Below, in pieces: positions 30,538 to 40,203 of a stretch of 64,000 nucleotides of DNA (position 1 is the first letter of the stretch; each line of letters opens with the position of its first letter). The notes beneath the pieces are model-generated. The model did no database searches. It saw nothing but the letters and a program-made list of their open reading frames with translations, and was not told where the DNA came from. The translations under genes and the position numbers were made by a program. The DNA comes from Candidatus Bathyarchaeia archaeon (GTDB lineage: Archaea > Thermoproteota > Bathyarchaeia > Bathyarchaeales > Bathycorpusculaceae): positions 26,233-90,232 of the forward strand of contig JBEKOM010000007.1 of the NCBI GenBank assembly GCA_049521795.1, read 5' to 3'.

Positions 30538-31239
30538 TCAGATGCACTTCACTTCACCTATTGGCTTTCCTTCCAGCTTCACAATTCCATTATCAACTTT
30601 TATGTGAAACATTAGAGAATCCCAAAGCAGCCCAATCATGCTTAACTTTGTTCCATCGTGAAGTTGATAAGACCCACTTGGGTCTACTTCAAACTTGATT
30701 TTTCCATACTCTGACCAACCTAAATCGCTGGAGTATACCGACTTCTTTGGGAACCAGTAAGTCTTCCATCCACTACTGCTGGTGTATTCCGAGTATTCGA
30801 TCGGGAGGATCTCAGGAGGGGCTGCAAGAGAGGATTCGATGTTTCTTTTGGCATAACAGGGCATCACGAACCATTCTTCACAGGTGTGATAGAGTAGTCC
30901 CACGTTGAGACTGGATAACAGAGTGTCAATGTTAAACAGTGGAAAAGGTGAAAACGAACAGAGATGAACATGGTTGAAATCAATCTTGGAGATTTCTCTT
31001 GCACATCCTTCTCTCAGTATGAAACCCACGTCTTCCAAAACCTTCGGAACCACCTTGTTCTCAACCTTCAGGGATAACAGCTTCTCATGTTTCAGTAAGA
31101 AGATCTCCTGAGCAAATCCTGGGTCGGAAAACTGTCTCTCGTCTAACTGCTGGAGTCTGCTCAACACATATTCCATCAGTGCCTGCTCACCTGGGCGTAT
31201 GTGTCTCTTCTCAATCGAGAACTCCAAGCTCATCATCAC
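30538..31239 (-). CDS. hypothetical protein
   Basis: 233 aa ORF with no recognised motif. Confidence 0.65.
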   Translation of the reverse strand: MMMSLEFSIEKRHIRPGEQALMEYVLSRLQQLDERQFSDPGFAQEIFLLKHEKLLSLKVENKVVPKVLEDVGFILREGCAREISKIDFNHVHLCSFSPFPLFNIDTLLSSLNVGLLYHTCEEWFVMPCYAKRNIESSLAAPPEILPIEYSEYTSSSGWKTYWFPKKSVYSSDLGWSEYGKIKFEVDPSGSYQLHDGTKLSMIGLLWDSLMFHIKVDNGIVKLEGKPIGEVKCI

Positions 31240-31321
31240 TCAAGTCGTACGCGTCAAATCACAAGGTGTGTTGTGTTCATGCTCTGATTATTATGACTTG
31301 TGCGCGCTAGATACTCATGTG

Positions 31322-31372
31322 GCTTGTGACCCCAAAACGTTAGCGTCTCAGTGCAAGTCTACGCTTCAGGAA
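31322..31372 (+). repeat. dispersed repeat, copy 2
   Basis: GCTTGTGACCCCAAAACGTTAGCGTCTCAGTGCAAGTCTACGCTTCAGGAA. Confidence 0.85.
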
Positions 31373-31468
31373 AACTTTCACCTGCATCAGTTTTCAAAGT
31401 CCTCCCTTTCTGGTGACGCGCGCGCTAAGCCTGCGCGCTACGACCAATTGAATTTCGAGTGGTAGTTC

Positions 31469-31903
31469 TCATGGTTTTGGTTTTAGCAGTCTTGAGTTAA
31501 TGATTTTGTTTGCTGTGTTGTGGAGTTTTTGATCTGCAGTGTACAGTGTGCCGTTCAGTTTCTGCGTTGCTGCCACGTAGAGTGAGTCGTAGATTGTTAT
31601 GTTTTGGGTTAAGGCTATTTCTGTTGTTGCCTCTTTGAGTTCACGCGTTGTAAGAATGCCAAGTCCGTCGTATATTTTGGTGAGGTCGTCTATCGTGGGG
31701 TTTGTTTCTTCTGGTCTTAGGTCTTTGTGTATGTTTGTATGTTTCCATATGGCGTTTAGGCCTCCGGCTAAGGCAATGTCTACTGTGTAGAGGGTGTAGC
31801 CTTTTTTCAGTAGGTTGGTGATGGTTGCTCTGGCTCGTTTAGAGCCGGGTTCGTTCATGACGAGTTTTATGATTATGTTGGAGTCGAGGATCAGCTTCGG
31901 CGT
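31469..31903 (-). CDS. VapC-like PIN-domain toxin
   Basis: LILDSN, IYDSLY and LYTAD; overlaps the antitoxin stop; start proposed at ACG 31903. Confidence 0.85.
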   Translation of the reverse strand, partial: TPKLILDSNIIIKLVMNEPGSKRARATITNLLKKGYTLYTVDIALAGGLNAIWKHTNIHKDLRPEETNPTIDDLTKIYDGLGILTTRELKEATTEIALTQNITIYDSLYVAATQKLNGTLYTADQKLHNTANKIINSRLLKPKP

Positions 31904-32112
31904 TCTCTGTCCTCCCTGATGAGGATTGTTGAGTCTGTTTTTGTTTCCCTCTTTTGTGTTCTTGATTCTATTTCTTGAAGTGTTTTTATCAGTTCCATTT
32001 GCCTGACTCTTTCTTCGAGAAAATTCCTGATTTCTTGGCTCCATTCTGCTGGGTTTTTTTCCATTTTTTCTTTGAGTTCACGCGTTAAGCGTATTGTGAA
32101 CGTTGTGGACAT
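31891..32112 (-). CDS. VapB-like RHH antitoxin
   Basis: MSTTFTIRLTRELKEKM...WSQEIR...IREDRE. Confidence 0.85.
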   Translation of the reverse strand: MSTTFTIRLTRELKEKMEKNPAEWSQEIRNFLEERVRQMELIKTLQEIESRTQKRETKTDSTILIREDRERRS

Positions 32113-32215
32113 GGGTGTTTTCACTGTTTCTTATTGTTTGTACTGCAAACTTAAAAACATTATTGTCCTACAAACTTGTAAGACTGAGATCTGAGCAGCG
32201 CACGCTAGTTTCTTC

Positions 32216-32509
32216 TCATATAGAGACAACTTCTTTTAAGACTGATTCTTTAATCTCTGCTCTTAAGGCCCTTTTTGGAACAACATCCACCTTCTGTTTC
32301 AATCTTCTCTCTAAAAACAGGGAAAGCCCCACTAGGTCAAAAAGGTCTGCTCCCTCTTCAAAATCAACAAGAATATCAATATCGCTTCTTCTCTTCCTCT
32401 CTCCTCTGACGGTGGAGCCGAAAATCCCTATTTCTTTTACTTTAAACCTCCCTCTGATTTCTCCTTTGTGTTCCATTAATGCCTCTTTCAGTTCTTCAAT
32501 TGTTTTCAT
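32216..32509 (-). CDS. minimal nucleotidyltransferase (MNT antitoxin-like), no adjacent HEPN gene
   Basis: IFGS...SDIDILVD...VDVV. Confidence 0.9.
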   Translation of the reverse strand: MKTIEELKEALMEHKGEIRGRFKVKEIGIFGSTVRGERKRRSDIDILVDFEEGADLFDLVGLSLFLERRLKQKVDVVPKRALRAEIKESVLKEVVSI

Positions 32510-32730
32510 ATTTTTCCCATAAGATTAAATGCCTTGACCTTTTTAAGGATGCTTTAGCGCGCGCGTAGAACGATAGAAGCAGGGGATCGGAAGTTTTTGG
32601 AAAGTGTGGCTGGCAAAGTTCGCCGTTTCCCAAGTTGAAGACTGAAGAATGGATAGTTAATGGGGGTTGGGTTATTGCATCGCAGAAGGGGCTTGTCAGA
32701 GAGCGCTATTCTGTTTAGAAATCGTGCTGC

Positions 32731-33072
32731 TCATTGGGGTTTTATGCATATTTCGTCGTTTTGGAGCCACAGTCTTACTTTTCTTCCTTGCTTGATGCCT
32801 AGTGTTTTTTCGATTTCTTTTGGTATGTACACAGCTAGGTTGTTTCCGCTTTTTGTGATTGTTCTAGTTAGGTAGTTGGCTTCTCCGAAGAGTCCTAGGC
32901 TTTCGGCTTGTTCCTGTACTCTTTTTGCTTCTTCCAGTGGGATGAGCTCGTTGAGGCAGTTGGGGCATCTGTATCCTCTTGTTGGGAGTTGTCCTTTTGG
33001 GAAATGGGTGTAGAGGATGTCTGGTTTCATGTCTACGTTGCAGCGGTGGCATTTGGGGTTTGGATTTTCCAT
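32731..33072 (-). CDS. YgiT-type zinc ribbon + AbrB/MazE DNA-binding protein (antitoxin-like)
   Basis: CHRC...CPNC plus RTITKSGNNLAVYIPK. Confidence 0.85.
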   Translation of the reverse strand: MENPNPKCHRCNVDMKPDILYTHFPKGQLPTRGYRCPNCLNELIPLEEAKRVQEQAESLGLFGEANYLTRTITKSGNNLAVYIPKEIEKTLGIKQGRKVRLWLQNDEICIKPQ

Positions 33073-33083
33073 TTTTTCACCTT

Positions 33084-33323
33084 TTAGTCGATTTTCCTTC
33101 TAGTGGCCGACACGCCGCGGACTTCTATGTAGTCGTCATGTTCGGTTATATAGGCGATTATGGTTCTATTTGCTATCCATTTTCTGTACTGGTCTCCTTC
33201 AAATCGGTCTGGGTTTTGAAGAGTTTCTTCCAAGTGTTCTATCTTTATTGGTGGGATTTCGCTGTTCATTCCGTCGAAAGCGTGTCTGTTTACCATGACT
33301 GGTTTCCCCTTCAATCTAAACAA
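33084..33323 (-). CDS. DUF4258/RelE-like small toxin candidate
   Basis: RHAFDGM...LQNPD... pattern, directly upstream of the zinc-ribbon antitoxin. Confidence 0.6.
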   Translation of the reverse strand: MFRLKGKPVMVNRHAFDGMNSEIPPIKIEHLEETLQNPDRFEGDQYRKWIANRTIIAYITEHDDYIEVRGVSATRRKID

Positions 33324-33675
33324 TGGAGTTCGCCATTTATAAGTATATCGTACTTACTTGTACTTATGATTTGCTCCCAGCTGCTTGTGAGCGCGCGCGC
33401 ACGCTGGGAGCAGAGCGATCATGCGGAGCAATGCGTGAATTGTTACGTGTTTGAGGCGTCTCGTTTTTCGCGCGAGTTGGGAGAGCTGTGTGGAGACGAT
33501 CTTGAGGCCTGCGCGGGTTCAATAGGCTTGTGAATTTGGAACCAGCAGCTTTGCATGTTCTGGCTCTTGAGTGAATTTGCTGTCGGGTCGTGCATGGTGT
33601 TTGGGAAGTTCTGCCAGTTGGATGATTTGCTTTTTGTTAGAGTCTGTCTGATGCGGGATTCGTTCCGGAGCCTGC

Positions 33676-34242
33676 TCACTTGAATATCTTCTCCACTTGC
33701 TCTCCGATTCGCTGGGAGAGTCTGTCGATTGCCTTGAGTCCCGCCTCAGTAATGTGTGGAATCAGTTCGATCTTTTCCATTTGCCAGTGCGTCTTGGCCA
33801 GTCTCGCGAGATCCAATGTGTTCTGATCGCAATTGCCACTGAGCACGGCGTCGCAGAGCATCAAAGAAGAATTAACTTCAGCCGTCCTTTTCATCAACGC
33901 GGCTGTGGTTGGCTTTTGCTCAACAGCCTGAGCCTGTTTTGCCTGATCTCTTCTGAAAGTTCCCGGAAGTCGCTCTTTAGACTCTGTTTCTTTTCTTGCG
34001 ACGATTATTCTGCATCTCCTCTTTCCCTTCTCTGTTATCCTGTAGAAGTGTTTACGTCCTGTTTTTTCGACTGAAACGAGACCCTGTTGCGCGCATCTCC
34101 GAAGATTCTTCCATAGAGCATCTGCGTTTGGTTTCAGGCCAAAATCTTTCTGCAGCATGATCGCGATCCGGCTAAGGTCCGTCCATGCGCCATTGTCGAG
34201 GATAGCCAAAATATGCATTTTTTCAGTCTTTTCCTTTTCCAT
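33676..34242 (-). CDS. winged HTH DNA-binding protein
   Basis: LWKNLRRCAQQGLV...FYRITEKG wing motif. Confidence 0.75.
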   Translation of the reverse strand: MEKEKTEKMHILAILDNGAWTDLSRIAIMLQKDFGLKPNADALWKNLRRCAQQGLVSVEKTGRKHFYRITEKGKRRCRIIVARKETESKERLPGTFRRDQAKQAQAVEQKPTTAALMKRTAEVNSSLMLCDAVLSGNCDQNTLDLARLAKTHWQMEKIELIPHITEAGLKAIDRLSQRIGEQVEKIFK

Positions 34243-34266
34243 TTTTGTCAGCCCTGTATTCTCTTG

Positions 34267-34365
34267 TTAAGGCTTACGAGCCTTAAAAGGTGGACATCTA
34301 GATGTCCACTTTGTTCCTTGCTTTCCCATGCCAAGAGCGATGAAGCCTCTCTACCTGGTAGAGAG
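34267..34365. promoter_or_regulatory. cluster of three palindromes upstream of the wHTH gene
   Basis: TTAAGGCT-TACG-AGCCTTAA, perfect GTGGACATCTAGATGTCCAC and CTCTCTACC-T-GGTAGAGAG. Confidence 0.55.
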
Positions 34366-34563
34366 ACTTGTCCAGTGAGCTGTTGACAAGAGCCTTGCAG
34401 GGCGACCGCCTTCTGGTTCGCTATTCGTCGCTGCCAACCAATAAGAACGAACTCGTCTGGTTGCAAAGGATTTAAACAACACGACCCAGCACAGTGACCC
34501 ATTCACCCAAGGTGACGGACTGCGTCAAAATCCAGACTCAAGAAGCTCCTTGCAAAGGTTCGC

Positions 34564-35154
34564 ATGTTTCTCAAAGGTTTCTATGAAGCGCTCTACGGCC
34601 TGGTCCTGCACACCTTCAAAAACATCAACCGCAGAATCAAATCTAGATTTCCCCTTTACCGCATGCACGAGGAAACGACAGAGCATGTTCAACACGCCCT
34701 CCAAGTGTTCGTATGGCTAATCCTGCCTCTCGGCCTCGTTTACCTGTTTGGAAGCCAATTTCTCTTCCACCAAAACCTTTGGGGCTCAATGCTCTGGGGA
34801 ACAGCCGTCTACTTCTACAGCAACTTCCTCCCCGATCTTCCTGCAATCAACAGAAAACAGAAACGCCACCCAGAAGCCCCCGATCTTCCATGGTACAAAA
34901 AATATGCTCTGTTGCTCTTTGCACCACTTTTTGTGTGGCTGCTTTTTTCCGATGTGCGACTAGACTGGAGAACCGAAGAAACATACCACAACTTCACATC
35001 CCTAGCTGTTTACGGAATGTTCCTCTTCGCTGTCAGCCTCCTCGCTTTTGCCAGCATACCCTTGACAATTCCAAGCCTGCTCGAAGCTCTTTTTCTATTG
35101 TTCAGCGGCCTAACAGGCTTTTTGACCCATCTGAAGGTTGACAAAATCTGGTGA
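34564..35154 (+). CDS. membrane protein, putative metal-dependent hydrolase
   Basis: Multiple TM segments; H...LPDL...YHN...THLKVD motif spacing. Confidence 0.7.
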   Translation: MFLKGFYEALYGLVLHTFKNINRRIKSRFPLYRMHEETTEHVQHALQVFVWLILPLGLVYLFGSQFLFHQNLWGSMLWGTAVYFYSNFLPDLPAINRKQKRHPEAPDLPWYKKYALLLFAPLFVWLLFSDVRLDWRTEETYHNFTSLAVYGMFLFAVSLLAFASIPLTIPSLLEALFLLFSGLTGFLTHLKVDKIW

Positions 35155-35225
35155 CAACGCCTCTGAAAAACAGGAACAAATCCTTAAAGCCGAAATGCAC
35201 ACTTTAGTTAGAGCCGTGCCCTCGT

Positions 35226-36467
35226 TTGTTTGACCCCGTCACACTAGCGCTCATAATCGCCGGAGCCATCATCATAATAGGCTTTCTCAGCAACTACCTG
35301 CTCGAACGCAAGGGTCTACCAGACATGCTTTTCCTCATCGTCCTAGGCATACTGGTCGGACCTGCAACAGGATTGGTAGACGCAAGCACAATCATGGGCT
35401 TTGCCCCCTACTTGGCTGTTCTGGCCCTGGTCTTCATACTGTTTGACGGCGGAATGGCAATGAACATCTACCACGTCTTCTCCGAAACCCTCAGAGCAGC
35501 CGTCCTGGCCACAGCAGGCTTCACACTAAGCACAATCGCTTCAAGCCTGCTCATCTACTTCCTGCTAATTCCAAGTTTCCCGTTTCTTTACGCCTTGTTG
35601 TTCGGAACAATTGTCGGAGGCAGCAGTAGCATAATCGTCATGTCCTTGGTATCAAGAATCAAACTCAGCGAAAAGGGCTCAACACTCCTACGCCTAGAAT
35701 CAGCCCTCAACGACATATTATGCATCGTGCTGTCCCTCGTCATAATCGAAATAATAACACTTGGCGGAGCCGTCGACATACCGACGATCGCTAGGTCACT
35801 GGCAAGCCGTTTCAGCATAGGCGCCATGCTGGGAATAGTCATCGGCGTCGGTTGGCTCGCCATACTCAAAAGAATAGTCAAAGCGTCCTACTCCTACATG
35901 CTGACGCTTGGGATTGCACTCCTCGCATACGCGCTGTCTGAAACCCTGGGAGGAAGCGGACCATTGTGTTCACTGCTCTTCGGCATGATGCTGGGAAACG
36001 AGAAAGCAATCTACGGAATCCTCAGAATGAAAAAACCACGGGACCAAGTCGTTGACCCTGGATTGAAACGGTTCGAATCCGAAATAGCCTTCCTGCTCAG
36101 AGCATTCTTCTTCGTTTACATAGGTCTCATCGTCACACTGCCCAGAGTCGCCACAGTTGTGGTTGGAGCAGCACTTGCTCTGTTCCTGCTTCTGATTAGA
36201 TACGGCGTCGTCAACCTTGCAACCGTCAAGAGCAAGCTGACCGAAGAACGAGGAATAATGAGTGTGCTGCTTACAAGAGGCTTAGCATCAGCCGTACTGG
36301 CGACACTGACCCTGCAATACGCTGACCCCGTGAAATATCCGGGCGTTGGAGCCCTCTTCCAGCAGTTGTACCCGCTCTACATCAGCATGACCGTCGTCGT
36401 GATACTGGCAACGGCGCTGATCGCAACTGTGGGAATTCCAGTCCTTCAATGGAGAACAAAGCAATAG
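35226..36467 (+). CDS. cation:proton antiporter (CPA1/NhaP type)
   Basis: About 12 TM segments; ILFDGG, ESALND, FFF.YIG and RGLA. Confidence 0.92.
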   Translation: MFDPVTLALIIAGAIIIIGFLSNYLLERKGLPDMLFLIVLGILVGPATGLVDASTIMGFAPYLAVLALVFILFDGGMAMNIYHVFSETLRAAVLATAGFTLSTIASSLLIYFLLIPSFPFLYALLFGTIVGGSSSIIVMSLVSRIKLSEKGSTLLRLESALNDILCIVLSLVIIEIITLGGAVDIPTIARSLASRFSIGAMLGIVIGVGWLAILKRIVKASYSYMLTLGIALLAYALSETLGGSGPLCSLLFGMMLGNEKAIYGILRMKKPRDQVVDPGLKRFESEIAFLLRAFFFVYIGLIVTLPRVATVVVGAALALFLLLIRYGVVNLATVKSKLTEERGIMSVLLTRGLASAVLATLTLQYADPVKYPGVGALFQQLYPLYISMTVVVILATALIATVGIPVLQWRTKQ

Positions 36468-36497
36468 CTCGGCGCGCGCTAGGATATTCTGAAACAA

Positions 36498-37010
36498 ATG
36501 TTAAATTCTCCAAGTTTCATACGTATGGAAATGTCCGACATGATGTTGCAAATGGATTCCAGTCAAGAAGAGACGTTCCGTCTGTTGACGCATTATTTTG
36601 CCGTTAGGCGCGAAGAAATATTGGGTTCCAACCCACCTTCATACGTCAAAGCAATAGTTCCAAGGGTCCTGTCGCCCCTCTCAGAAGGCAAGGCCGAAGC
36701 GACTATAACAAGAAGGGATGGTGGGAGTTATGTTAACATCAATTTTGACTTCAGAAAGGGATATGTCGAAACTTTTGTTTTGGCAATCGCCATATTTGTC
36801 GCCCCGATCCTTTCTCTCGTTACATATTTCACATCAAGCGATTATTACGTGTTATTTGTTGATCTCCTAGTCGTCCTAGCGGGCGTTGCTGGCGCTATGG
36901 CGCTTGAAGGTTACAATGTCCACATCACAAAAAAAAGGCTCATAGATGAATTGCGGCTTATCAACGAATTCATCAAGTTTGCCCAACCACAACCCCCGCC
37001 GCCTGACTAG
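36498..37010 (+). CDS. membrane protein, hypothetical
   Basis: Two C-terminal TM helices; CG runs on both sides. Confidence 0.65.
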   Translation: MLNSPSFIRMEMSDMMLQMDSSQEETFRLLTHYFAVRREEILGSNPPSYVKAIVPRVLSPLSEGKAEATITRRDGGSYVNINFDFRKGYVETFVLAIAIFVAPILSLVTYFTSSDYYVLFVDLLVVLAGVAGAMALEGYNVHITKKRLIDELRLINEFIKFAQPQPPPPD

Positions 37011-37038
37011 CGCGCGCGGCGCGCGGGATCTCGCTAGT

Positions 37039-37548
37039 CTACCTTTTTCTCTTGATGTAAATACCTAGTCCCAAGAGCATTGCTGCCAGCGGTCCCACGG
37101 TGCCTACCACTGGAAAGTCGGGTATTACGAAGAACGATGTTGCTTTGGTTGATATCACGAAGTCTACCTCTTCTTTTGTCTTGCCATCTGGGCTTTGGAA
37201 CAGTGCTTGTACTCCCCAGTCTCCGACTGCGGAGACGGAGTGGGTCGAGCTGAAAGTGTTCACTGGGTTGCCTTTGTACAGCGCGCCTGCAACGGGTGTG
37301 CTGTCGACTTCAGGGCCGAATGCTATGCCTTGGTTGGGGTATTTCCATATGAAGGTTACTTGATACACATCCATGTCTGTTGTATATGCAGTGACGACCA
37401 CGTTGGAGCCTGGTGGAACATTGATTCCATGAAAGTTGCTGTCGACTGCGTAACCGGACGCTAGGCTTGGGTAAGCTGCATAGGCTACTGTTAGTGCGCT
37501 AAGCATCAGAACACCTGCTATGATGAGTATTGCAGTTATTTTCTTCAT
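37039..37548 (-). CDS. secreted protein with PEF-CTERM-like sorting signal
   Basis: MKKITAIL signal peptide; C-terminal IPDF-TM-KRKR. Confidence 0.8.
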   Translation of the reverse strand: MKKITAILIIAGVLMLSALTVAYAAYPSLASGYAVDSNFHGINVPPGSNVVVTAYTTDMDVYQVTFIWKYPNQGIAFGPEVDSTPVAGALYKGNPVNTFSSTHSVSAVGDWGVQALFQSPDGKTKEEVDFVISTKATSFFVIPDFPVVGTVGPLAAMLLGLGIYIKRKR

Positions 37549-37974
37549 CCCTATCTCCTTTAGATTAGAGTGGAGTCTCAACTTTATAATCCTATATAGA
37601 GGATAGTTCTAGCATGCACGCTCAAACGCAAGAAAGTCTGAACAGGCGCATACTGTTGAAAGTGCTCGGCGCACCTCAAATGCGCCAAACATTTCTTATT
37701 TGTAAATGGTTTATATTCTGCCTAATTCTGATAGGGCGCGCTATTCATCGCGCGCGCGTGTAGGGCGCGCGCTAGCCTACGCTGGGTATCGAGCAGCTTC
37801 CGCCTGAAGTTGGCGGCTGAATGGTTGCCGATACTATGATACGACTGTTTGGTTAATTGACGTGCGTGATTATGCATTCACCAGCGCGCATGTGTGTTCC
37901 TAGATTCCCTTTGTGGCTGCGGAAGATTCGGGCCACGTCCTCTAACGATGTCCCACGGCGTGGGGAACGTGTAA

Positions 37975-38901
37975 TCACGGTGAAAAAAAGAATTCTTTTG
38001 TCATAACGCGCGCGCTTTGTTTGGGGTTGATTGAATGGTAACCCCAGAACATACTGAGGTATTGAAGATAGGCTAGAATCGAATTTGAAAGACTTCGTTT
38101 CTGAGGCTTGAATCCTTTGGGTTTCATGTTCAAAGAGTACATTTCTCCAAGCAAACGGTTTGCTCTCCCATACCGCCTGAACCTTTTCACGAATCCAACG
38201 AGTCCGTCATCGAAATTGTGAAACACGGAAGACTTAGCTGCAAAACTTAGATCTCCAATTTCTAGTAGCCTGAAGCTGAGGTCAATATCCTCGCCTGCGG
38301 CGATTTTTATCATTTCATTGAAACCTTCGATTTTCTCAAGTGCCTTTTTCCATACAAGAGCATTCGCCGTTACAAGGTATTCTGGAGATGGAGCACCTGT
38401 GTCGTCATTCATGGAGGGCGTGAGTATGCCTTGGTTTTCATAGTATCTTGAAATGAAATCCCGGCCGTAGGAGAGAACAGTTGCCGCGTACCCAACTGAA
38501 CCGTTGCTTGCCTCAACGTAACCCTTCAGCCACTTTGGTGCAGGCATACAATCGCTATCGGTGAAAAGGATCCATTCACCCTTTGCACTACGCCACCCCA
38601 CATTCCTCGCGGCTGCCGGCCCAATGTTATCCGAGGCTAAGACTCTGATGTCAATTGCCTGAGTCAGCCAGTTTCGATGTAGGTGAACGGAAGACCCCTG
38701 ATCACAGACTATCAGAATCTCCAAAGGCAAAGAATCAGATTCTTGCGTTTTAAAGAAGGACGCAAAGAACCGGTCAATACCTCGCTGATTGTCTTTTACG
38801 GGTATGACTATGGAAATCTTGTTGGTTGCTTTGATCCCAGGCGCAATCAACCGCATCTTTTTCTTAGGTCTATATCCAAGCCGCCAAGAAACGTGACACA
38901 T
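37975..38901 (-). CDS. glycosyltransferase family 2
   Basis: ISIVIPV, GPAAARN, FTDSD and GEDIDL. Confidence 0.9.
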   Translation of the reverse strand: MCHVSWRLGYRPKKKMRLIAPGIKATNKISIVIPVKDNQRGIDRFFASFFKTQESDSLPLEILIVCDQGSSVHLHRNWLTQAIDIRVLASDNIGPAAARNVGWRSAKGEWILFTDSDCMPAPKWLKGYVEASNGSVGYAATVLSYGRDFISRYYENQGILTPSMNDDTGAPSPEYLVTANALVWKKALEKIEGFNEMIKIAAGEDIDLSFRLLEIGDLSFAAKSSVFHNFDDGLVGFVKRFRRYGRANRLLGEMYSLNMKPKGFKPQKRSLSNSILAYLQYLSMFWGYHSINPKQSARVMTKEFFFSP

Positions 38902-39047
38902 TGCGCATCATAACCTGTCTTAACATGCGCGGCTTATATTCGGATGTGAAAACAGAGTGTTCATCCTGACTCTGCGCACTCGCCCGGTCTAATATCCGCC
39001 TGCAGTCAGATAGTCAACTGTGACGGTGGGTCGTTAGAGCGCGCGCG

Positions 39048-39333
39048 CTAAGTAAGTATAGTAGAGTAAGTCAGAGAGTCGCAGTCGTAGAAGGTTTGGG
39101 TTTGGGGATAAGACTTTACTCCAAAACCCCAAAATGCGCCCAGTAATATCGAACTATCTGATTTTCCCTGTTTTGATAAGAAGAGCATAGTCGAGTGTGC
39201 TTCGCGCGCGCGACAAAAACCCGAAAAGGTAAGCGGCATATTCGCCACCGGCGGTGCCATGAAAGGCTAGTGGCCAGTTGTGCGCGTGACGGTGTTGGTT
39301 GGTTGGGGCAAAGTTCTACCCAAGCGCGCGCGC
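39048..39333. repeat. two palindromic sites (copy d reverse, copy e forward) among CG runs
   Basis: GGATAAGACTTTACTCCAAAACCCC at 39105 and GGTTGGGGCAAAGTTCTACCC at 39301. Confidence 0.7.
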
Positions 39334-39437
39334 TAGCTCTGTTGTTTGCTCAATACCTGAGAAACGAAAAACAAACATGGATTCCCAGAATTGTCAATTT
39401 GAATTAATCTATTTACGCGCGCCCTTCTCTTTGCGTA

Positions 39438-39665
39438 TCAGAACCAACTACGCTTTTTCTTAGCGTGAAGCGATGAATGGTCTCTTCTACTCATAACAGT
39501 CAAATTGCTCTTTCTGAAATTGCTCTTGTTCCCATCTATGTGGTGGACAACTCTTCCCTTTCCTATCCGACCCCCAATCATATTCGATGCTACACTCCTA
39601 TGCACTAATTTCCTGCTATCGCGCCATCTTGGGTAGCCTTTCTTGTCTTTGTATGTGTTCCCCAT
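39438..39665 (-). CDS. small stand-alone HNH endonuclease
   Basis: VHR...VVHHIDGNKSN...SNL...H. Confidence 0.85.
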   Translation of the reverse strand: MGNTYKDKKGYPRWRDSRKLVHRSVASNMIGGRIGKGRVVHHIDGNKSNFRKSNLTVMSRRDHSSLHAKKKRSWF

Positions 39666-40203
39666 AGTCACACCCAAGGACACTACGTGTTGTCCTTACT
39701 TAAGTAGCGCGCGCAGTTAGGGACTGGAATGTTTGATGACGTCATCTCTGTCAACTTCTAACTGTTCATCCCTTGCTCTAAAGACAGTTTCATTCATTAT
39801 TACTACAACCCATCCTAGCATCCTACGGCAGACGTTAATGTGTCCCATTGGTATCGAAGAACAATTTCGAGGAAAAACGTAATATGATTTATGAATCTGG
39901 AAAATTTATTAGAAGTTAAGACTAGACTGTCACGTGCGCGTCAAATAGCGCGCGCTGTGACGGCTGATTTCGGGATATATCTCCACTTTATTTGTTTGCA
40001 GGCGAGAGCCTCTATGTGGACATCTGGTACTGTTATCATTTAGGCACGCCGTATTCACACCTACCAAAAACCACCGTACAGCTTCACGGCTAGCTCGGAA
40101 GCTCCAGCGTCGTTAATTTTCTTGATAAAACTCTGCCCAAAACCACCTTGTGTTTACACAAGTCATAAAACTGAAGCATAGGGTACGAATACAATGATGC
40201 AAA

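Noticed and set aside
31904-32044. N-terminal extension of the PIN ORF
   Set aside because: Out-of-frame overlap with the antitoxin, giving a low-complexity translation.
33443-33679. 78 aa ORF downstream of the wHTH gene
   Set aside because: Hydrophilic, motif-free and ends near a CG junction; cannot be supported.
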